A stretch of DNA of 24,573 nucleotides from a virus (taxonomy: Duplodnaviria; Caudoviricetes), in IMG/VR virus record IMGVR_UViG_3300025296_000124, positions 1-24,573 of that record; one strand, written 5' to 3'. Both the position numbers and the translations under genes were made by a program. The notes below the pieces were generated by a model. The model was not told the DNA's origin. It ran no database searches and saw nothing but the letters and a program-made list of their open reading frames with translations. This document shows, piece by piece, positions 1 through 8,287 of the stretch. Each line of letters begins with the position of its first letter. Position 1 is the first letter of the stretch.

Positions 1-16
1 CCATAACGTCCCCTCC

Positions 17-1090
17 TTATGCTACGTTATACTTGGCATTGACAACCGCTTCTGGCCGAAGAATTTTACGACCATAGAGGTGCATACCACGCACGATATC
101 AGCAAAGCTATCAGGATCACGATACGATTCCGTTTTCGTGATCTGGCTTGCGGTGGCAATAGCGGAAGCATGACCCGCAACAATAATACCATAGTTAGAG
201 TTCTGGTTAGCAGTACCACTTGTACCGGGACCAGTACCTACTGAAGGTAGATTGTTGGAAACATACACCCTAAAGCCATAATAGTTGTTTAGAGCCAGCC
301 CATTTCTAAGCGCACCAGATTCACCGAAGTCTGAATTTAGAAAACGTGAGTCTTCGTCCATTAGAACTTCCATGAAGTGAGGCGATATAACAAGCCAACG
401 ACCGTCTTTGTCCACAAACTGCGTGTCCAACAAACGACCCATTCTAGCCACAACCATATTTGGAGATGCCGTAGCAGTCGGAAGAGCACTAGCACCGGGA
501 AGACGGGGGGCAAGCGGAATTGAATGCGTACCCGCCGAAGTCGTGGTGATGCTACCAAAATCACCCTTCTTCAACTGCATTGCAGAAAGCAACTCATTTG
601 AACCAGCAGTCGAAACAGCCTTGCTTCCAGATACCGTAGTATTAGCGGTACTGGCTACAGAGCTAAGTGAAGACTGGGCAAAACCTGAAAGGTAACCCAA
701 AACTTCCATGTCATACTGATCTTTCAAGCGATAACCTGCACGATCAGATGCCATCGACTGAAAATTCACATGAGAATGTGCTTCTTCAATGTCATCTACC
801 TTGAAAGCAAAGTAATTTGACTTGTCTACGACAAGGCTAAAATCTTCGTCATCAAGGTCTTGTGGAGTAACTTGCAAACCACGGGCATATTCTTTGACCG
901 TGATCTCTGGCTCTTTAATGATTCGGACAGTATCGCCAAAGTTAGCGATTTCACCAAAGTAATCATTATTGGTGATGTCCTCAACAACAGACGACTTACG
1001 GAAAGCAAGTTGAGTCTGTTTAGAGTAAATTACAGGGCTAAAATTGCCATTAGGCAAACTGTTATACCCTGCAGCACGAGTAAAAGCCAT
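17..1090 (-). CDS. Major capsid protein (P22-coat-like family, HMO-2011-type)
   Basis: 357 aa; N-terminal LPNGNFSPVIYSK...DYFGEIANFGDTVRIIKEP and C-terminal ESYRDPDSFADIVRGMHLYGRKILRPEA motifs recalled from marine podovirus MCPs; SD AAGGAG upstream; follows the scaffold gene. Confidence 0.92.
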   Translation of the reverse strand: MAFTRAAGYNSLPNGNFSPVIYSKQTQLAFRKSSVVEDITNNDYFGEIANFGDTVRIIKEPEITVKEYARGLQVTPQDLDDEDFSLVVDKSNYFAFKVDDIEEAHSHVNFQSMASDRAGYRLKDQYDMEVLGYLSGFAQSSLSSVASTANTTVSGSKAVSTAGSNELLSAMQLKKGDFGSITTTSAGTHSIPLAPRLPGASALPTATASPNMVVARMGRLLDTQFVDKDGRWLVISPHFMEVLMDEDSRFLNSDFGESGALRNGLALNNYYGFRVYVSNNLPSVGTGPGTSGTANQNSNYGIIVAGHASAIATASQITKTESYRDPDSFADIVRGMHLYGRKILRPEAVVNAKYNVA

Positions 1091-1306
1091 TTTATCTCTC
1101 CTTTTTCTCGTATCAAGTGGGCAACAAGGCCCACAAGCATAACACAGAATATGTCATACTTCAGGACATAACTTCGTAGGGCCAGTAAATTAGGGGTGGG
1201 ATAAATAGGGGATCAGCCTACCATCGGCCTTTTTACAGGGTTACTAAAAAGTTTTACTATATAAATTAGGGTTGCATATAAATGGGCCTAATTTTAATCA
1301 CATACC

Positions 1307-1342
1307 ATTTTAACTAAAACTTATCTTTTGTCAAGTAAAAAA
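1307..1342 (-). promoter_or_regulatory. Sigma70-like promoter for MCP (TTGACA-16-TAAAAT) with T-tract upstream
   Basis: Minus strand reads TTTTTTAC-TTGACA-AAAGATAAGTTTTAGT-TAAAAT-GGTATG; -35 at 1329-1334, -10 at 1307-1312. Confidence 0.75.
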
Positions 1343-1347
1343 TTGAT

Positions 1348-2244
1348 TTATCTCGCATTTCCACTTATATCGTAGATAAAATCTCCAGATCGAAGAGAGT
1401 CCATAATGCTTTCTGAATTTTTTTCATATTCATCGGCAGACATTGCTTCAACTACAGACTCTTTCCACTTCTTACTATCACCACTTGTTTCAGGCAATGA
1501 TTTTTGAGATTTTGTATCTACTAAAGATGCAGCAGATTTATTGGATTTAGAGGGCTTTTTCTTGGTTTCTTCCTCTATTCCACGATCACCTTTGTAAAGA
1601 TCAATTGCTCTTGCGGCTGATCTAGCATCTGTTTCATTCTCATAAAGAGCGTCCTGTACCCATTTTGGTTGTTCCTCTGCCCACTCATGAAAATCATCAC
1701 TTGATCTAATGTCATCAAAGTCAGGATGAAAAGATAATAGTTCAGCTTCCGCTTTTTCTCTTTTAGCAGAAGATTGTAAGTCATCAATTTCCGCTAATCT
1801 AGTTTCTATTTCCTTTGCCTGTTCTCTTGACTTTTTAATTGCAATTGTTTCAATTACAGCAGATACATCTGGATATTCTTTAGCCCATTCTTCAAGCTCT
1901 TCTTCAGATTTTGGAAGTTGAATCTGGGTTTTCGTTACTTCATCCAGTTGTTTCTGCAAGCTTATGATTTTTTCATCATGCTCTTGCTTTTGTTTTTGAG
2001 AATGTCTGCGTAAATCACCATATCGTTTCTTAAAAGTTTTCTCTTCAGGATCATCGGGTACTTCCCGTTCCTCATCTTCTTCTGCTACTTGTTGTTCTGT
2101 AGCTTCTAATTCTTCAGTTTGTTGTTTAATAAGCTCTTCAAGTTCTTTTTCTTCATCTTCTAAACTTTTACGATTAGCATACTTTTTGTCTACAATACCC
2201 ATAACTTTCTTTACAGGTTCTACAGTTCCAATTGCATCTGCCAT
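1348..2244 (-). CDS. Capsid scaffolding protein
   Basis: 298 aa, acidic coiled-coil; EEKTFKKRYGDLRRH and HPDFDDIRSSDDFHEW motifs; immediately upstream of MCP; SD AAGGAG. Confidence 0.78.
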   Translation of the reverse strand: MADAIGTVEPVKKVMGIVDKKYANRKSLEDEEKELEELIKQQTEELEATEQQVAEEDEEREVPDDPEEKTFKKRYGDLRRHSQKQKQEHDEKIISLQKQLDEVTKTQIQLPKSEEELEEWAKEYPDVSAVIETIAIKKSREQAKEIETRLAEIDDLQSSAKREKAEAELLSFHPDFDDIRSSDDFHEWAEEQPKWVQDALYENETDARSAARAIDLYKGDRGIEEETKKKPSKSNKSAASLVDTKSQKSLPETSGDSKKWKESVVEAMSADEYEKNSESIMDSLRSGDFIYDISGNAR

Positions 2245-2321
2245 ATTACTTCTCCTTTACTGGGGCCACCGTAGCCGTGTTATATACACAGGGGATGAGT
2301 AGCCAGCTAATTGGCATAAAT

Positions 2322-2537
2322 TTAACGTGTCGCCAACCCACGATTACGAACTACTTTATTTTCGGCTCTTGTATTTAGACCGCCTAAAATTTCTTCGCCA
2401 ATAACTTTTCGTAATACTCTTTCATAGGGAGTTCCTTTATTAGCTCTCATAATATCTCTTTCTTCATCAGATAAATTTGTAAAGCGTTCAAGCATTCCTG
2501 CATGTAATTGCCCCATGATTTCTTCTCTTATTGACAT
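2322..2537 (-). CDS. Hypothetical protein (71 aa)
   Basis: Co-oriented ORF packed between desaturase and scaffold; SD-like AAGG upstream. Confidence 0.6.
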   Translation of the reverse strand: MSIREEIMGQLHAGMLERFTNLSDEERDIMRANKGTPYERVLRKVIGEEILGGLNTRAENKVVRNRGLATR

Positions 2538-2540
2538 GAT

Positions 2541-3335
2541 TTAAGCCTTCCTTAAACAATGTTTAATTACCAAACCTGATATATCTAATTCAAACCATTT
2601 TGTTTTTGTAGTGTAATTACTCTGATCATCATGATGATTTTTATGCCAGCCATCGCCAAAGGATAGTATATTCATCCACCAAACATTGACTGGTTCGTAT
2701 GTATTTTTATTTTTATGATTGGCAAAGTTGGTTAAAATCTGAGCAAATACAGTTAAAGCAGATGGCATACAAAATCCCAACACTAACCCTGACAAACCAA
2801 ATGTTAAACTTAAAAATAAACAGTATGCTATAATTATTAAATAATATAATTGGTGCGTTTTTATTAAAAATCTATTTCTTAATAACCTTCTTATATATTT
2901 AGAGCCTGATTCTACACTATAATCTAATTTAAGTAATTGTTGCGGCATTAAAATATGGTATTTAAATTTTTTAAAGAATCCTTTTTCGGCAGAATGTGGA
3001 TCAAGTTCTGTATCTGAATGAGCATGATGTTGTCTGTGAATATTTACCCAACCTATACTAGAACCAGAACCAGATAAAATACCACATAAAGTACATAATT
3101 TTTCTAACCATTTGTATTTAAATGCAAAACTACCATGTGTCCAATATCTGTGGTATGTCACAGTAATGCCCAAACAATTCATCATAAAAAATAGGGATAA
3201 TACTATAGCCAAATTAGGCAAAGTCATACCTTGCACAGCTATAAATAATAAAGAAATTATAATGTTTAGTACATATGTAAGCTGTGTCTTAAAAATACTG
3301 GATTCAACAATCTTTATAGCTTTACTGAAATCCAT
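2541..3335 (-). CDS. Membrane fatty-acid desaturase (delta-9/DesC-like), auxiliary metabolic gene
   Basis: Three His boxes HRYWTH, HRQHH, WHKNHH plus NFANH; multiple hydrophobic TM segments. Confidence 0.9.
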   Translation of the reverse strand: MDFSKAIKIVESSIFKTQLTYVLNIIISLLFIAVQGMTLPNLAIVLSLFFMMNCLGITVTYHRYWTHGSFAFKYKWLEKLCTLCGILSGSGSSIGWVNIHRQHHAHSDTELDPHSAEKGFFKKFKYHILMPQQLLKLDYSVESGSKYIRRLLRNRFLIKTHQLYYLIIIAYCLFLSLTFGLSGLVLGFCMPSALTVFAQILTNFANHKNKNTYEPVNVWWMNILSFGDGWHKNHHDDQSNYTTKTKWFELDISGLVIKHCLRKA

Positions 3336-5968
3336 CCAACTGTCCTATAAGTAGGTCTTAGTATATAATTAGAAATAATTTTAAATATCTTTTGTTTAGT
3401 ATTAAGAGGTTTATTATTAACAATATCTCTATAATACTCTGTTAAAAATTTAGCTATGTATTTGGTGCCTTTATTTTTATTTACATATCGTGCTAGTATC
3501 GGCCCAAACATATCGTATGCTTTCATTAGATATGGATCATTTCTCCTTAAATCTATGCCATACTTTCTAAGAGATTTAAAATGTGGAGTTGTAATTAATC
3601 CTAAAGAATGTGTTGCAGTACATATATGTGTGCCGCCGGGACCGCCGGGATCACCGGGATCACCACCGCCATAGCCGCCGGGAGGACCGACGCCGCCGCC
3701 GACGGCACTTGCTGTCCCAGACACCCCCCTTGCCCCCATTGCCAAGCCACGAGCCGTGGGCTGAGCAGCCGGTGGAATGGAAAATTCATCTGATCTGAAA
3801 CTTGCCCTTGTAACCGGGATCGCTTTTTTCACGGGTGCTATAGTCTTAGTTTGTCTAGACTTTTTATCCTTATCTTCTGCAAGTTGCATAGCCCTTAAAT
3901 TACCTAAAACCTTAACAGCATTCTTAGCCGCGAGGTCCTGCTCATTACTGAATTTTACGTTAACTGCACTTTTATCTATAGAATTAATATTATTTTCACC
4001 TCTAATTGCACTTATAGTAGCTTGAATATTTGGCGTTGCATTGTTAAAGGAATTTACTGTTCCCGTTGCGGTCGAGATATTACTATCTGTTGTAAATCCT
4101 CCTGAGCTGTTATATGATCCACCTTCGCCTGCTGTACCTGCACCAGTTCCAAAACCTGCAAAAGGACTAAATAGAGTACTAGTTGGTGCGAAACCAAGCT
4201 CCGCATCAAATCCTAAGTTATATCCTATTACCTTTCCATACGTTGGCGAAGATTTATCATGGTCGGAGTAAAAATTCGCAGGATCAAAGTCTTCAAGGTT
4301 TGGGTCTATACCAAGGGATATAGCTTGATCAGCCTGAACGCCATCTACACCTAAGTTAGAATTTGTAACTGTAATCTTTAAACCTAGTGGAGTAGCAAGG
4401 CTATAAACAGCACCTTTAGCATAGTTACCTACGCCATGTGTGTTTGTAATATCATTATTAGCAAAAGCAAAATTCTGGGCATATGCCATAGTAGGTTGTG
4501 CTTTATTTTTTGCCATTCCCATAAGTGCACCAACTGCTGGACCAAGTACAGGTATACTACTAGTTAGAAGACCTTTTCCTATAGTGGCAAGGCCGCTCTC
4601 TTGTTCAATACCATGTGCTGCTAATGCAGCATTCATTCCCGCTTCAGCGGCTGAATCATAATCGCTATATGATATATCGGAAATACTACTTGCAGCAGTA
4701 CCCATCATGCCTGTATCTGGACCTACTTGCCCAAATTCTCCTATACCCGAAGGATCAAAACCATCAGGACCAGTTGGTCTGGGTTCACGTTGTTGTGTAA
4801 TAGTAGCAGCTTGTTTTGGCTCTTGCCGTGGTGCACCAAAACCCAAATCTGCTTGACTTGCTTTAGTATACCCCGGAGGAATGCCCCCTTGAACTTTCCC
4901 ACCAACAGTAGTTAAATATACAATATTTCCCTGTGCATCTTTATAGGCTTCAACTTTATATCCTCCGGGCTGTCCTGCTGCAGAACCTTGAAGAGCTAAA
5001 TACTGAGATTGCTTACTAAATCCTTGTCCGGGGGTTGTGCCCCAAACATCTGAATACTTAGTGCCTGCAGGAGCTATGACAGCGCCAGAAGGAAGTTGAT
5101 CTCGCGTAAAAACCTGTTGAGTTGTCATAGTTCCCGGTGGACCTTGATATCTATAGTATCCACCTCCCGTTTCTACATAATACCCTTGTTGGTATTGCGT
5201 TAATAACGGTGCTGCAGGCTGTTGAATAGCAGGACCAGTAATGGGTACAGGCTGTGTACTAATAGGTCGTATAGGTTGAACTGGAGGAGGAGCAAGGGGA
5301 GGAGCAGTAGTAGCCTGTTGAGTAGGACTATAAATAGGTACAGTAGCAAGACCACCTGTTTGAAATTCTTGCCGCTGTTCTGGTTGTTGTTGTTGTTGCT
5401 GCAGTACTAATTGGAATGCTTCTTTTTCTGATACAGATAAATTTTCCATTCCTTCTGTTTCTTGTGCAAGACGCACAGGTCTTGCAGGCTGAACAGAGCG
5501 TGTTCGTTGTTGATCTAATGGTTCACCAGTATCGCTAATCATCATACCGCCTGCTTGAAATTTAACATCACTCATTGGCTCACCTGTATCACTCATAACT
5601 TGTTCTGCACCTGCTTCTTGTGGAGGCATTCCTTCTTCTTCCATACTAGGCAATGGGGTTTCCTCTGGCATTGTTTGTTCATCGGGATTGCCTACAAGAC
5701 CCATATCTTGCATTTGATCTAATCCTTGTTTTGCTTTTTGCATAGACTCTACATAAAAATCTAAACCATGATATCGTACAGCATAATCTGGTATTACAAA
5801 TTCACCGGGACTAATAGATGCAGTCTGGTCATCACGAACACCTTCTGCAGTGGCACCTACAGGTATTTCATTGCCACTTACAGGATCAGTATCCGTAGGT
5901 TCTGATACAAGACCGGCAAGTTCCATTTGTGCGCCTGTATCATCGTACAGTTCTTCTCTAATCGCCAT
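3314..5968 (-). CDS. Large low-complexity virion-associated protein (884 aa) with basic C-terminal ICTA-type domain
   Basis: N-terminal DPVSGNEIPVGATAEGVRDD...GEFVIP..AVRYHG motif recalled from the gene after portal in related phages; Q/P/G-rich middle; SD AAGGTGG. Confidence 0.7.
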   Translation of the reverse strand: MAIREELYDDTGAQMELAGLVSEPTDTDPVSGNEIPVGATAEGVRDDQTASISPGEFVIPDYAVRYHGLDFYVESMQKAKQGLDQMQDMGLVGNPDEQTMPEETPLPSMEEEGMPPQEAGAEQVMSDTGEPMSDVKFQAGGMMISDTGEPLDQQRTRSVQPARPVRLAQETEGMENLSVSEKEAFQLVLQQQQQQPEQRQEFQTGGLATVPIYSPTQQATTAPPLAPPPVQPIRPISTQPVPITGPAIQQPAAPLLTQYQQGYYVETGGGYYRYQGPPGTMTTQQVFTRDQLPSGAVIAPAGTKYSDVWGTTPGQGFSKQSQYLALQGSAAGQPGGYKVEAYKDAQGNIVYLTTVGGKVQGGIPPGYTKASQADLGFGAPRQEPKQAATITQQREPRPTGPDGFDPSGIGEFGQVGPDTGMMGTAASSISDISYSDYDSAAEAGMNAALAAHGIEQESGLATIGKGLLTSSIPVLGPAVGALMGMAKNKAQPTMAYAQNFAFANNDITNTHGVGNYAKGAVYSLATPLGLKITVTNSNLGVDGVQADQAISLGIDPNLEDFDPANFYSDHDKSSPTYGKVIGYNLGFDAELGFAPTSTLFSPFAGFGTGAGTAGEGGSYNSSGGFTTDSNISTATGTVNSFNNATPNIQATISAIRGENNINSIDKSAVNVKFSNEQDLAAKNAVKVLGNLRAMQLAEDKDKKSRQTKTIAPVKKAIPVTRASFRSDEFSIPPAAQPTARGLAMGARGVSGTASAVGGGVGPPGGYGGGDPGDPGGPGGTHICTATHSLGLITTPHFKSLRKYGIDLRRNDPYLMKAYDMFGPILARYVNKNKGTKYIAKFLTEYYRDIVNNKPLNTKQKIFKIISNYILRPTYRTVGWISVKL

Positions 5969-5988
5969 TTTTGTTCCACCTTTTTAAT

Positions 5989-6228
5989 TTAGCCAATTGA
6001 ATTTGCCTCATCTCTCAATTGTTTTAACTTACGCAAAATACCTATAGCTCCTTGTGCTCTGTGTATTTGTACCGTATCTGTATTTTGTTCTAAACTTGCT
6101 TGCTGTTGTACAATAGTCCAATCAATATAGTTACTGAAGGCGTCCCATTGACGCTTGTTGTTGACCATTACCTTGAGCTTGCTGAGTAGGCTGTGGTTGT
6201 GGTTGTTGTGGTTGTTGTTCTGTTCCAC
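5989..6228 (-). CDS. Small conserved protein downstream of and overlapping portal
   Basis: GTG start preceded by GGAGG; IHRAQGAIGILRKLKQLRDE motif typical of the small post-portal gene. Confidence 0.72.
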   Translation of the reverse strand: MEQNNNHNNHNHSLLSKLKVMVNNKRQWDAFSNYIDWTIVQQQASLEQNTDTVQIHRAQGAIGILRKLKQLRDEANSIG

Positions 6229-8284
6229 TAAATTGATCCTCCATAGGTGTAGCTGCTGCTCCTACGCCAATATTACCTGCACCGCCACCTTGCAAATCAT
6301 TTGGGTTTAAGCCCGGAGCTTGTGGCTGTTGTGGCGTACCCGGAGGTGGTGTAGGCTGCTGTTGCTGAAGAATTTTAGCTTGACGCATTGCCTCTTCAGG
6401 AGTATTACAAACTTTCTCTGGATCAAGTCCCATTGAATTTGCAATCTCGCGAATAATAGAAGTAAACTTAGCAAACGGGGCAAGCGCAGGATTAGATACA
6501 ACCTGCAAGAATTGCAACAGTCTTTGGCTACGAACTTCATTAGCCATAAGACTTTCTGTTCCTCTAGCTTTAATTTCAAGGTCACCCTTAATATCTGCAT
6601 CAAAATTAAATTGCATATTAAAGCCAAAGAAAGATTCTCCTAATGGGCGCAAAAGATAATCATCAAAATTCTTGACTACTGTCTTAATACTGCCAGCAGC
6701 AGCACCCATTAACATAGAAATACCTGCCGCTGTTCTGCCTGTACCTGCTACACCTGTTTGACCATGTGCAAAACTAGGAAGACCCGTAGCTTCATCAGAA
6801 AGCTGACGGGCCTTGTCAAACAATTGCATATTCTCATTACTTACGTTTGGAAACTTTGTTCCAAATATAGCTTGGCCGGGAGCACCACCCTGCCGCCTGA
6901 AAACTTTACCCGGATAAACCTGTAAGTCTTGGCCCGGAACAAGATTTGTTTCATCTACTTCAATAAGTAGATTACCACTAAGCACAGCATTATCTACTGC
7001 CATTCTCATGAAGCCATTCATAAGGGTCTGCGTATCATCCATGTTCTCTGCCAAACCAATACCAAAGAAACTATAGGGGTTGAGTTCATAGGGTACAGCA
7101 TAGTAGGGAATACGCGCAGGCTTAAACGGATTGATAACTAATCTTAAAATATAATTATTACATACCCAACAATTAACTTGTAACTGTTCAGAATTTTTAA
7201 ATTCTTTTGGTAGATCAATACCATATTCTTTAGCAATGTCCGCATCCATCAATCCCCAATACTCAAGGACTTGATATCTTTCGGGATGATCATTCAAATA
7301 GTAATCTTTTAAATCATCTTCCCAATACTCACTCGTATAAACTTCGCCCATATCTATACAACGATCAATGGCTTCTTTACGGAAATACGGACGATCTTTA
7401 AGTTCTCTTAACTGTGATCTGGACAATTTATGCCGCTCAATAATATAGGTAGCATCATCCATATTACTGGCATCTGGATCAGGATACAAATCCCAGCAAG
7501 ATACATGCTTTACTTGTGGAACAGTTTTAATCGTAGGATTATATTCTCCTTCATCACTCCAATTTGCATATTCTTTATCTACAGCAAACGGTCCTTTAAT
7601 AATTCCTGTTCCAAATAACGAACATTCAAATGTAGCAGACCTAAGATGTTTACTAGCACCAGACTCTTCAAGCTGATCCATTATTTGCTTTTCCATCTTC
7701 TTTGCAGCTACCATAGCAGGATGGAAAGTCACAGCAGATGGCGTAAGACCTTCACCTTCTACTAGTCCTTCAACTTCAGAAAGCTTTTCTTCTAAGGGTC
7801 CAAGATTAAGTTTCTTTTCCTGTAGACTAGCAAGTGTCTCACCTGCCTCTAGGTCTTGACCATCACCGGGAAAACCATATGGACTCTGTTCTTCTTGTTC
7901 TTCTGCCTGTTCAGGAGGAACATTAGGATCAAAATGTACTGCTTCCGTTACACCTTCCGGTAAAGTTGTAGGTTCAATGCTAATAGGAAATTTTTGTCTG
8001 GCAAATAGTACGTCAGTAATTTGCCCGTAGGCTGCAAGAACTTTGGTTTTAGTAACTTTTATAAATACACGAGAACGCTCTGCTTCTGTGAATTGTACAT
8101 CGGGTCCATATAGACCCCTATAGTTACGATATGATTGCAACCATCGTTCTTCGTCAAATCTACGCCAATCTTTAGACCTTTTAAAACGATCTTCAATAAA
8201 AGAAATTAAAGAAGAAAGTTCAATATCATCTGTTTTCTCATCTAAAGCTAAAGGATTTACGTCTTCAAAATTTTCATCTGCCAT
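6131..8284 (-). CDS. Portal protein (head-tail connector)
   Basis: 717 aa directly after TerL; motifs RSRVFIKVTKTKVLAAYGQI, YPDPDA, PYELNPYSFFGIG, RMAVDNAVLSGN. Confidence 0.88.
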   Translation of the reverse strand: MADENFEDVNPLALDEKTDDIELSSLISFIEDRFKRSKDWRRFDEERWLQSYRNYRGLYGPDVQFTEAERSRVFIKVTKTKVLAAYGQITDVLFARQKFPISIEPTTLPEGVTEAVHFDPNVPPEQAEEQEEQSPYGFPGDGQDLEAGETLASLQEKKLNLGPLEEKLSEVEGLVEGEGLTPSAVTFHPAMVAAKKMEKQIMDQLEESGASKHLRSATFECSLFGTGIIKGPFAVDKEYANWSDEGEYNPTIKTVPQVKHVSCWDLYPDPDASNMDDATYIIERHKLSRSQLRELKDRPYFRKEAIDRCIDMGEVYTSEYWEDDLKDYYLNDHPERYQVLEYWGLMDADIAKEYGIDLPKEFKNSEQLQVNCWVCNNYILRLVINPFKPARIPYYAVPYELNPYSFFGIGLAENMDDTQTLMNGFMRMAVDNAVLSGNLLIEVDETNLVPGQDLQVYPGKVFRRQGGAPGQAIFGTKFPNVSNENMQLFDKARQLSDEATGLPSFAHGQTGVAGTGRTAAGISMLMGAAAGSIKTVVKNFDDYLLRPLGESFFGFNMQFNFDADIKGDLEIKARGTESLMANEVRSQRLLQFLQVVSNPALAPFAKFTSIIREIANSMGLDPEKVCNTPEEAMRQAKILQQQQPTPPPGTPQQPQAPGLNPNDLQGGGAGNIGVGAAATPMEDQFSGTEQQPQQPQPQPTQQAQGNGQQQASMGRLQ

Positions 8285-8287
8285 ATT

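Noticed and set aside
5381-5404. (TGT/TGC)n microsatellite
   Set aside because: Explained by a poly-Gln tract in the 884-aa ORF
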